This document shows, piece by piece, positions 8,648-16,024 of a stretch of 43,547 nt of DNA (position 1 is the first letter of the stretch; every line of letters starts with the position of its first letter). Below the pieces are notes generated by a model. The model did not search any database, had not been told where the DNA came from, and worked only from the letters and a program-made list of their open reading frames with translations. The translations under genes were made by a program, and so were the position numbers. Source of the stretch: Thermoanaerobaculia bacterium. GTDB lineage: Bacteria > Acidobacteriota > Thermoanaerobaculia > Gp7-AA8. The stretch lies in contig JAMPYE010000001.1 of the NCBI GenBank assembly GCA_023700825.1, positions 1-43,547 on the forward strand, read 5' to 3'.

Positions 8648-8919
8648 TTGCTTCCCCTGCCTGTCCCGGGATTCACGTCCCGTGCCGCTTTCTCCAGCGG
8701 GGTGTCTCTAATGTCTGACACCGTCCGATCCCTGGGCGAAACCGCCCTGGATGCGGAGATTTGCAGCCTTTCTATCGCTGTATTGTCGCGAGACGGACCG
8801 AACTGCCCGACCTGTCGGCCGGACACCGCTGGATCTTTTTCGGACACTGGTGTCCTCGATCGGCTGCGGTTGTAAGGACTACGAATGACGGAGGGAAATG
8901 GTTCGGTAGAATCGCTGCA

Positions 8920-8945
8920 AACAACCGGTAAACGACACAAATTCC
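8920..8945 (-). promoter_or_regulatory. Candidate SigR/SigH-type ECF promoter (GGAAT-N18-GTT)
   Basis: The minus strand reads GGAATTTGTGTCGTTTACCGGTTGTT. GGAAT is plus 8941-8945, the spacer is exactly 18 nt, and GTT is plus 8920-8922. It sits about 275 nt upstream of the sigma start. Confidence 0.45.
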
Positions 8946-8985
8946 GTCACTACCGGCTACACCTTACCACGGACCCGGGAATAAT

Positions 8986-9714
8986 TCAATCCGTACTGTG
9001 CTCGGCGAGCAGCTCTTCGTAGGCGCGCGTCACGGCGCGGAATCGCTCGGCTGCGGCAGTGCGCTCCTCGGCCGACGATTCGTGAAACTTGTCCGGGTGG
9101 CACTCCAGCGCGAGATGCCGGTAGGCTGCCACGATCTCGTGCCGTCCCGCTCCCTGCGCGAGCCCCAACGCTGCGAGGTTCGCGGCAGCGTCCTGCCCGC
9201 GCGCGGCGTCGAAAAGAGGCGTCGCACCCCCGCCGCGGTCCGCGCCCCGCGGCCGCCCGTGCTTGGCCCAGTCGACGTACTCGAACCGGTGCTTCTGCCG
9301 CAGCCGCGCGAGCGCGTCGCTGTGGAACCCGAGGCCGAACGTCAGTTCGACAAGCGCGTCGTACTGCGGAAGCGCGATCGTCGTTCCCGACTCCATCGCC
9401 ACGAGCACAGCGCTCTCCAGTAAAGCCTCGCGCCTCTCGCGCGGAGCGAGCCGGACGTACTGCTCGATCCAGCTCGCCATGTCGATCCGTCCCCGCCTCC
9501 CGCACTCCGCGTCGACGAATTTCCGCACGACGCCGATCGCCTCGTCACCCGTGAGCGAACCGCGGAGCGCGAGCTCAAGCAGGAGCTCCGCCTCGATTCT
9601 CTCCACCGTGACCGGTCCCTGCTGCGCGGCTTCGCGCGACGAGCGCACGACGATCAGCCCGACCACGGTGCTGGCGACGAGCGCGGCTGCGATGACGATT
9701 GCGATGGGAAGCAC
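8986..9714 (-). CDS. DjlA-like membrane-anchored J-domain co-chaperone
   Basis: 242 aa. It has an N-terminal TM helix (LPIAIVIAAALVASTVVGLIVV), a central helical domain, and a C-terminal J domain with HPD (YRHLALECHPDKF). Confidence 0.75.
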   Translation of the reverse strand: MLPIAIVIAAALVASTVVGLIVVRSSREAAQQGPVTVERIEAELLLELALRGSLTGDEAIGVVRKFVDAECGRRGRIDMASWIEQYVRLAPRERREALLESAVLVAMESGTTIALPQYDALVELTFGLGFHSDALARLRQKHRFEYVDWAKHGRPRGADRGGGATPLFDAARGQDAAANLAALGLAQGAGRHEIVAAYRHLALECHPDKFHESSAEERTAAAERFRAVTRAYEELLAEHSTD

Positions 9715-9750
9715 GTTCGATCCTCGGTCCGTCCCGACTCGTCCCGTCGC

Positions 9751-10143
9751 TCAGCCCGCCGGCTCGAAGCGAACCGAGTTCGTCGGCCCTTCCCAGACGA
9801 CGATCGCGGCAACGCGAGTTGTGTCGGCTCCGAGCGCGGCGCGAAGCTCGTCGTGGAACCAGCGCGCGATATTCTCGGCCGAAGGATTGATGCCGTCGAA
9901 CGGCGGCACGTTGTTGATGCAGCCGTAGTCGAGCAGTTTCGCGAGCCGCTCGAGCTCGCGCTTCGACGCGACGAAGTCGATCGCCAGATCGTCCTCGTCC
10001 AGCCCTCCGTTCGGCGCGCTGAGCTCCGCCTCGACCAGATAGGAGTGTCCGTGCAGCGGCTCACAGATTCCGCGGTACTGCCGCAGAAAATGGGCCGCTT
10101 CGAACCGCGCCTGAATCTTCACCACGTATCGATCGTCACTCAT
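9751..10143 (-). CDS. queD: 6-carboxy-5,6,7,8-tetrahydropterin synthase
   Basis: ORF 9751..10332 trimmed to the ATG at 10141-10143. FEAAHFL...CEPLHGHSY carries the PTPS/QueD zinc-ligand motifs. 130 aa. Confidence 0.85.
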   Translation of the reverse strand: MSDDRYVVKIQARFEAAHFLRQYRGICEPLHGHSYLVEAELSAPNGGLDEDDLAIDFVASKRELERLAKLLDYGCINNVPPFDGINPSAENIARWFHDELRAALGADTTRVAAIVVWEGPTNSVRFEPAG

Positions 10144-10321
10144 TCGAAGGCCACAACCTCTCGAGGACCACCGGATCGACGCCGATCGCCTCGAGCTCTT
10201 CCCTGCTCGACTGTGACCGGAGCAGCCGCTCCGCCATCGCTCCGTCATAACACGGCACGGGGTCGTCAGCCATCGCCAGATCGACCAGGGCCTCGAGCGT
10301 ACTGCGGCGATTGTCGTCCAT
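10136..10321 (-). CDS. Hypothetical small protein, translationally coupled to queD
   Basis: 61-aa ORF whose TGA (10136-10138) overlaps the queD ATG region by 8 nt. The composition is acidic and protein-like. I recognise no family. Confidence 0.35.
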   Translation of the reverse strand: MDDNRRSTLEALVDLAMADDPVPCYDGAMAERLLRSQSSREELEAIGVDPVVLERLWPSNE

Positions 10322-10453
10322 CCGAGCCGCATTCTCTCATCGGCAATCGCTCCCGGGGAAGCTGCATCGCCTCGTGCTGCGCGGTCCGGCTACCCTCCAC
10401 CGAAGGTGCCCGGCATGCAGGCCGGGCCCGATCGTGTGTACAATGCCGCCCCG

Positions 10454-11122
10454 ATGCCGCTGCCCAGAAGCCTGACGTGCACCGCCTGCAAGCATACCTA
10501 CCCCGAGGGATGGTGCCGCTGCCCGTACTGCGGCTACGACGCCGAGCGGGAGAAGCGCGACAAGCAGGTGGAGCGAGTTCTCTCGAAGAAGTTCCCGCGC
10601 TACGCGGAAGCGATGCAGCGATTCCGTCAGCGATCGAGCAGGCCGGGACGCGACCAGCAGCGCCCTGGGACCGGGCAGCCGCAACCGCAGCAGCAACAGC
10701 AGGGAGCGGCGAATCAGCAGCAGGGCGACGCCAGGAAGCGGGGGCGTCGTCGTCGCGGCCGTCGTCGCGGCCCGGGAAGCGAAGGCCAGCCCGTGCGCGC
10801 CGAGGGGGCGCCTCGCGAGAATCAGGGGCAGCAGAACGCCCAGCGCGAGAACGCGCCTCGTGAAAACGCGCAGCGCGAGAATCAGCCGCGACGCGAGCCG
10901 CGTCCCCCGCAGCAGCCGCGCCCGCCGCGGCCTCCACAACAGGGGCAACAGCCGCAGCAGCAGAACCGGCCGCCACGCCCTCCCGAACAGCAGGGTGCAC
11001 CGGGTGAACGGGCTGAAGGGGGCGACGCCGCGCGGCGGCGGCGGCGCAGGGTCCGCCGTCGGCGCCCGCGCCCCGAAGTCGGCGGTGCGCCTCCGTCCAG
11101 CGGCACGCCTCCGCAGGAGTAG
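10454..11122 (+). CDS. Zinc-ribbon protein with long Arg/Gln/Pro-rich disordered tail
   Basis: The N-terminal Cys cluster is CTAC-x8-CRCPYC. The rest is low complexity with RENAQ/RENAP/RENQP repeats and poly-R runs. The start could also be 10406 or 10415. TACAAT at 10438-10443 lies 10 nt upstream of the chosen ATG. Confidence 0.55.
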   Translation: MPLPRSLTCTACKHTYPEGWCRCPYCGYDAEREKRDKQVERVLSKKFPRYAEAMQRFRQRSSRPGRDQQRPGTGQPQPQQQQQGAANQQQGDARKRGRRRRGRRRGPGSEGQPVRAEGAPRENQGQQNAQRENAPRENAQRENQPRREPRPPQQPRPPRPPQQGQQPQQQNRPPRPPEQQGAPGERAEGGDAARRRRRRVRRRRPRPEVGGAPPSSGTPPQE

Positions 11123-11123
11123 C

Positions 11124-12002
11124 TCAGCCCTTCGCTTCGTCGCCGCTCGCTGAGGGCTCGTTCAGCTTCAGGTAGCGGACGGAGCACTCCGCGAAGCCTT
11201 CGCAACGGACGCAGTATCGGTCCTCGTTCTCAGGCTTGTAATCGGCGGGCGGGCAGATGTTGACTCCCGGCTTGATCTCCCGCGCGATCGCTTCGGCAAG
11301 CTTGCGCCGGTCTTCCGCCGAGCCTTCCGCCAGCGCGCGTTTCATCACCGCGAATCGGGTGAGGTTCTTTTCTCCAAGCCCCTCGTTCCCTTCGCTGATC
11401 GGTGCGGGCCGGAAGGCGGAGGGAGCCTGGCGGGGGATGATCCGCGCGGGACCGTGGCGGAACCAGTAGTAGGCCATGGCCACGACCACGCCTCCCAGCG
11501 CCGCGACGCTCGTCGGGCTGCGCATCACGATCCCGATCGCCAGCAATCCTGCGGCGAACCACGCGATCCACTTCACCTTCACCGGGAGTACGAAGAAGAT
11601 CAGGAACGTCTGCTCCGGAAACGTGTGCGCGTAGGCGAAGAGCAGCGAGTAGGTCAGGAAGTACGCGCCCATGAGCGGGTAGTTCAGGAGCAGCCCGACC
11701 GCGGCGGAGCCCGCCAGCGAGAGGAAGTAGAAGGCGAGGAAGTCCCACGTCCCCCAGAGCTCCTCGAGCACCGCGCCCATGATGTAGAGCACAAGAAGAT
11801 CGAAGAAGAGCGCGATCGCGCCCGTCTGGATGAACTGGTAGGTGAAAAGCCGCCAGAGCTGTCCCTCGAAGATCGCCACACGATCCAGGGAGAAGAGCCC
11901 GACGTACTTTTCGAGATCCTGCGTCTGGAAAACGTAGAAGGCGACGTTGAGAAAGAGCAGGACGTAGATCGAATGGATGTTGTCTCTGCCTCGTGCGCGC
12001 AT
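11124..12002 (-). CDS. Rhomboid-family membrane protein with Cys-rich C-terminal domain
   Basis: ORF trimmed to the ATG at 12000-12002. QLWRLFTYQF resembles the rhomboid WR motif. LSLAGSAAVG aligns with the GxSG segment. AALGGVVVAMAYY aligns with the TM6 (A)HxxGxxxG segment. The C-terminus has CPPADYKPENEDRYCVRCEGFAEC. Confidence 0.6.
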   Translation of the reverse strand: MRARGRDNIHSIYVLLFLNVAFYVFQTQDLEKYVGLFSLDRVAIFEGQLWRLFTYQFIQTGAIALFFDLLVLYIMGAVLEELWGTWDFLAFYFLSLAGSAAVGLLLNYPLMGAYFLTYSLLFAYAHTFPEQTFLIFFVLPVKVKWIAWFAAGLLAIGIVMRSPTSVAALGGVVVAMAYYWFRHGPARIIPRQAPSAFRPAPISEGNEGLGEKNLTRFAVMKRALAEGSAEDRRKLAEAIAREIKPGVNICPPADYKPENEDRYCVRCEGFAECSVRYLKLNEPSASGDEAKG

Positions 12003-12024
12003 GTCCGAATCGCTGAGAACGGAC

Positions 12025-12537
12025 TCAGCGGGCGACGATATTCTCGAGCCCCTCGAAGACGAGCCTGTCGCCGACTCCGAGGCCTCGCGCCGCTGCCTGC
12101 CCCGCTGCCAGCTCCAGCACGTAGCGTGCCGCCGCCTTCGGCGGATACGACGGGCACGGGTCTGCCTTGCAGGGCGGCACGTCACGCGCAATGTCGACGA
12201 TCGAGCCGGTCTTGTCGATCCAGATGATGTCGAGCGGGATGAGGGTATTCTTCATCCAGAACGGATAGACCGCGCTCTCCCGAAAGACGAAGAGCATGCC
12301 GCGGTCGTCTCCGAGGCTGGAGCGGAACATCAGCCCCTGGGCGCGCGTGAGCTCGTCGCTCGCCACCTCGACGGCGATCCTCGATCCCCCGGGAAGCACG
12401 ACCACCGGCGACGGCGCGGAGGAACCGCCTGCAGTGGCCATCCCCGTCGATTCGCTGCGCGCCCCGTCGCGGGCTCCGCACGAGATCCCGATCGAGAGAA
12501 CGACGAGAAGCACCGGGACTGCGATCGCCAGCCTCAC
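12025..12537 (-). CDS. DUF192 family protein (lipoprotein signal)
   Basis: Only the last 170 codons of the 671-aa ORF look real. The GTG at 12535-12537 overlaps the ntrC-like TGA (GTGA). The signal is LLVVLSIGISCG. The DUF192 core is RAQGLMFR...GMLFVF...FWMKNTLIPLDIIWID. Confidence 0.75.
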   Translation of the reverse strand: MRLAIAVPVLLVVLSIGISCGARDGARSESTGMATAGGSSAPSPVVVLPGGSRIAVEVASDELTRAQGLMFRSSLGDDRGMLFVFRESAVYPFWMKNTLIPLDIIWIDKTGSIVDIARDVPPCKADPCPSYPPKAAARYVLELAAGQAAARGLGVGDRLVFEGLENIVAR

Positions 12538-13922
12538 TCTTCCTCGTCCTTTCCAACGCCGACGATGCCGTGCTTCTTCGCGTAGTAACGGAACGAGCGG
12601 AACGACATCTGAAGGATCTCGGCGGCGGCCTTCTGCACGCCGTTGCTCCGCTCGAGCGCCTGCATCATCAAGCTTCGGACCACCGACTCCACGTGCTTTT
12701 CGAGGTTGATCCCCGCGACGGGAAGCTCGTACGGGCCTGCGGCGGAGCTCTCGCCGAACAGAACGCTTTCGGGGAGCGAACGGGTCATGAGAACTTCCGA
12801 GGTCTCGAGCGCGACCGCGCGCTCGATGACGTTCTCGAGCTCGCGGACGTTGCCCGGCCACGCGTATTTCTCGAGCGCGCGCATCGCATCGACCGAGATC
12901 CGCCTCGGCGGAGTCGCCATCTGCGCCGAGAACTTCGAGATGAAGTGGTCGGCGAGCAGCGGGATGTCTTCCTTGCGCTGTCGCAGCGGGGGGAGCGTGA
13001 TCGGGATGACGTTGATCCGGTAGAAGAGATCCTCCCGGAACGACCCCTTCTGTATCGACTCGCCGAGGTCGCGATTCGTGGCGGCGATGACCCGGACGTC
13101 CACAGGCACTTCTTCGTTGCCTCCGACCCGGCGGATGACCCGATCCTGCAGGACGCGGAGGAGCTTCACCTGCATCGCGGGCGTCATCTCGGTGATTTCG
13201 TCGAGGAAGATCGTCCCCTTCTCCGCCTCCTGGAAGAGCCCTTTTTTGTCGCGGATCGCCCCGGTGAACGCTCCCCGCTCGTGCCCGAATAGCTCCGACT
13301 CGAGCAGCGCCTCGGGGAGCGCGCCACAGTTGATCGAGACGAACTTGCCGGTGCGGCGCGAGTGGTAGTGGATCGCGCGCGCGATGAGCTCCTTGCCCGT
13401 GCCCGACTCGCCCGTGATGAGCACGGTCGAGTGCGTCGGCGCGATGCGGGACACCACGCCGAAGATCTGCTGCATCTTCGGGCTCTTCCCGATGATGTTC
13501 GCGAAAGTGAAGCGCTCCTCGAGCGCGGTGCGAAGGTGGACGTTCTCCGTCTCGAGCTCGCGACGCTCCACCGCCTTGCGGACGATGATCTTGAGCTCTT
13601 CGATGTCGAACGGCTTGGCGATGTAGTCGTACGCTCCCGCCTTGAGCGCGCTCACGGCCGACTGCGTCGAGGTGTACGCCGTGATCATGATCACCGGCAC
13701 CGCCTCGTTCTGCGCCTTCATCTCGCGGAGAAAATCGAGCCCCGAGCCGTCGGGCATCATCAGGTCGCACAGAACCAGGTCGGGCTCGCTCTCGTGCAGG
13801 CGCTCGCGCGCCTCGTGCAGCGAGGCGGCCGCGCGGACGTTCCACCCTTCGTCCTCGAAGACGATCGACAGGAAGTCGCGCAGTGACCCTTCGTCGTCGA
13901 CGATCAACAGGTTCAGCGGCAT
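12534..13922 (-). CDS. Sigma-54-dependent response regulator (NtrC/AtoC family)
   Basis: 462 aa. The REC domain is LLIVDDE...LVLCDLMMPDGSG. The AAA+ domain has GESGTGKE, the GAFTGA loop and ESELFGHERGAFTGA. A Fis-type HTH lies at the C-terminus. No histidine kinase gene is present in the window. Confidence 0.9.
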   Translation of the reverse strand: MPLNLLIVDDEGSLRDFLSIVFEDEGWNVRAAASLHEARERLHESEPDLVLCDLMMPDGSGLDFLREMKAQNEAVPVIMITAYTSTQSAVSALKAGAYDYIAKPFDIEELKIIVRKAVERRELETENVHLRTALEERFTFANIIGKSPKMQQIFGVVSRIAPTHSTVLITGESGTGKELIARAIHYHSRRTGKFVSINCGALPEALLESELFGHERGAFTGAIRDKKGLFQEAEKGTIFLDEITEMTPAMQVKLLRVLQDRVIRRVGGNEEVPVDVRVIAATNRDLGESIQKGSFREDLFYRINVIPITLPPLRQRKEDIPLLADHFISKFSAQMATPPRRISVDAMRALEKYAWPGNVRELENVIERAVALETSEVLMTRSLPESVLFGESSAAGPYELPVAGINLEKHVESVVRSLMMQALERSNGVQKAAAEILQMSFRSFRYYAKKHGIVGVGKDEEE

Positions 13923-13930
13923 GCGCGGCG

Positions 13931-13936
13931 ATTATA
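13931..13936 (-). promoter_or_regulatory. Perfect TATAAT hexamer 8 nt upstream of the NtrC-like ATG
   Basis: The minus strand reads TGA-cgccgcggcggaTATAATcgccgcgc-ATG in the 26-nt gap between the helicase stop and the regulator start. This could be an internal promoter giving a leaderless or near-leaderless mRNA. Confidence 0.3.
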
Positions 13937-13948
13937 TCCGCCGCGGCG

Positions 13949-16024
13949 TCATCGACGGCGCCGCCGGCGAAGGAGCGTCGACGATCGAACCCAGCTCCCG
14001 GTAACGACGCAGCCGCGTACGGAGGCTTCGAACGCGGCACGTTCGGGCGCCTCGGCGCGCAGCGCTCGAATCAACGCCTCGATCGAGCAGCCGTCGACCG
14101 GCGCCGCGACCGTCTCGGCGATCAGGGTCTCCGCGCCGGCCCGGTACCGGCGCGAAAGCGCTTCGACGAGATCCCGCGTCGCTCCGCCGCTTCGTTCCGC
14201 GGCGTCGAGCAGTCTCGCCTGCGCGGACGAGACCGTGACATGAGCCGGCTGCAACTCGCGCGAGCGAACCAGCGCCCGATACCGCTCGACAGCAAGGACA
14301 ACCTCCGCGATCGCATTTCGCGTCGCGGGGGCGAGTCCCGTCGTCGCCGGAACTGCCTCGCGCCCCCCGCGTACCGGGCCGGCCGATCCGTCGCACTCGA
14401 CCACGCGCGTCGCGAATCCCTCGCGGCCTCCTCGCCGCTCGAGCAGATCGACGACACACAGCTCCGCGCCGCCGCCTGCCACGCTCATGCGGTCGATCCG
14501 CGCGGAGCCGCGCGTGCATCCTTCACCCGAGCGTGCCGTCATGAGCCTCTTCCGCTCCCCGAGCTTCCGCTCGATGGCATCGGCCACCGGGCTGCGCTCG
14601 GCCACCAGCACGACGTCGTCCACGCTCTCCGCGGTCTGCCCGATACGGCTCACACGCCCGATCCGCTGCTCCAGCTTCGACGGATTCCACGGCAGGTCGG
14701 CGTGAACGACCCAGGTCGCATCCTGGAGGTTCAACCCCTCGCAGCCCACGTCGGTGGCGACGACGACGTCGAGCAGGTCGCGTTGCAACAGCTCGAAGAC
14801 GATGCCGGCCGTCGCGGCCTCTCCGTCGTGGCGCCGGCACCCGGCCCCCGTGACCAGGGCGCATCGCAGCGTTAGGCGCAGCGACGACCAGATCGCCCGT
14901 GCCGTGTCCCTGCTCTGCGCGAAGACGAGCCCGCGTCTTCCCGGAAAGCCCGCGACGACACTCGCGACGAGCTCGACCTTCGGGTCGTCAGCGAAGCCGT
15001 TCGACAGAAACCGCAGCGCGGCCTCGAGCGCGGAGAGCTCCCGTCGCAGCGCCCCCGCATCCGCGGGCGCCACCCCGCCACCGAGCCCCCACAACTCCGG
15101 GAAGAGAAGATCCTGAAACAAGGGTGCGTCGCGGTCGCCAAACGCTGCGCGATAGGTCGCCCCCGTCATCGCGACACCGCGGAGTGCGCACTCGAGAGCG
15201 CGCGCGTGCAGCCTCCGCAACCGCTCGAGCGTCGACCGCAGGGCTGAGAGGCTCGACTCGAGCCGCCGCCAGAGAAACGCCCGCAGAAGCCCCGCTCCAC
15301 TCCGCGCCACGAGTGGAAACTCCAGGCAGCGAAGAACCGCGGCGAGCTCGCGCTCGAGCATCCCCGCCGGGCGGTACGGCACCTCGATCCGGTTCGCCCG
15401 CGTGAACCGCAGCGCCCTGGGGAGCACGCCGCCGTCACGGCGTACGGCGATCTCCCCGATCACCTCCCGAAGTTGCGGCTCGGAGCGGAGGCGGAACGCC
15501 TCGTCGAGCGACGGAACTCCGCGATCCGCCAGCGCGTCGTCCGCGAGGAACAGCCCGAGCAGCGCGCGAAGGTCGTCGGGCGTGTTGCACACCGGGGTCG
15601 CAGTGACCAGCAGTACCGCAGCGCCACGCGCTCGCAGCGCCATCGCGCGATAGCGCGCGGTTCGCGGATTCCGCAGTCGGTGAGCCTCGTCGACGATCAA
15701 CAGCCTCTCGCGCAGTCCCGCGGGCGCTGCACGGGCAGCGAGCGAGTCGTGAGAAACGACCGCCGAGGCCAGACCGAACTGCTCGGCGACTTGCCGCCAC
15801 TGGGCGAGAAGGGGCGCAGGCACGACGATCTCCGAACTCCCGCCGCGGTCTTCCCACACGCGCGCGACTGCGGCCGCGACCCACGACTTGCCCAGCCCGA
15901 CCTCGTCGGCGAGCAGAGCCCCGCCACGCAGCGCGAGCAAATCGAGAATCCACTCCACCGCCTCCTCCTGGTACTGCGCGAGCAACGGGGAGGCAGGCAC
16001 GGCCGCGCCGGGGAAAAGGCTCAT
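13949..16024 (-). CDS. SNF2-family (DEAH) helicase/translocase, compact form with unassigned C-terminal domain
   Basis: ORF 13949..16549 trimmed to the ATG at 16022-16024, which overlaps the methyltransferase TGA (ATGA). Walker A ADEVGLGKS (GLGKS at nt 15884-15898). DEAH at nt 15680-15691 (LIVDEAHRLRN). Motif III LLVTATPVCN. Motif VI QRIGRVSRIGQ. The last ~170 aa have no motif I recognise. Confidence 0.85.
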   Translation of the reverse strand: MSLFPGAAVPASPLLAQYQEEAVEWILDLLALRGGALLADEVGLGKSWVAAAVARVWEDRGGSSEIVVPAPLLAQWRQVAEQFGLASAVVSHDSLAARAAPAGLRERLLIVDEAHRLRNPRTARYRAMALRARGAAVLLVTATPVCNTPDDLRALLGLFLADDALADRGVPSLDEAFRLRSEPQLREVIGEIAVRRDGGVLPRALRFTRANRIEVPYRPAGMLERELAAVLRCLEFPLVARSGAGLLRAFLWRRLESSLSALRSTLERLRRLHARALECALRGVAMTGATYRAAFGDRDAPLFQDLLFPELWGLGGGVAPADAGALRRELSALEAALRFLSNGFADDPKVELVASVVAGFPGRRGLVFAQSRDTARAIWSSLRLTLRCALVTGAGCRRHDGEAATAGIVFELLQRDLLDVVVATDVGCEGLNLQDATWVVHADLPWNPSKLEQRIGRVSRIGQTAESVDDVVLVAERSPVADAIERKLGERKRLMTARSGEGCTRGSARIDRMSVAGGGAELCVVDLLERRGGREGFATRVVECDGSAGPVRGGREAVPATTGLAPATRNAIAEVVLAVERYRALVRSRELQPAHVTVSSAQARLLDAAERSGGATRDLVEALSRRYRAGAETLIAETVAAPVDGCSIEALIRALRAEAPERAAFEASVRGCVVTGSWVRSSTLLRRRRRR

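Noticed and set aside
8632-8940. 102-aa ORF on the minus strand within the sigma-factor leader.
   Set aside because: It is Arg/Ser/Pro-rich with no SD or family resemblance, and it overlaps the sigma start. The region is better explained as a non-coding leader.
9098-9103. Search for sigma-54 promoters (TGGCAC-N5-TTGC) that the NtrC-like regulator could act on. TGGCAC occurs at 9098-9103 and GTGCCA…GCAA near 18828.
   Set aside because: The first lacks a TTGC at the right spacing and lies inside the DjlA-like coding region. The second has the two elements in the wrong order. No convincing -24/-12 promoter was found in the window.
10800-10900. Short tandem DNA repeats (cgcgagaa[c/t]…) and the repetitive Thr/Ala codon runs at 5379-5980, checked as possible CRISPR or VNTR arrays.
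   Set aside because: The repeat units are 15 nt or irregular, lie inside ORFs, and translate to RENxx or T/A-rich peptides. There is no repeat-spacer architecture and no cas gene. No CRISPR array is present in the window.
12538-14040. Upstream 500 codons of the 671-aa ORF 12025..14040, which would fuse onto the DUF192 protein.
   Set aside because: That part is out of frame with, and fully overlapped by, the well-supported NtrC-family gene (12534..13922), and it reads as an Arg/Gly/Pro shadow. A GTG at 12535-12537 overlapping the regulator's TGA gives a normal signal-peptide-bearing DUF192 protein.
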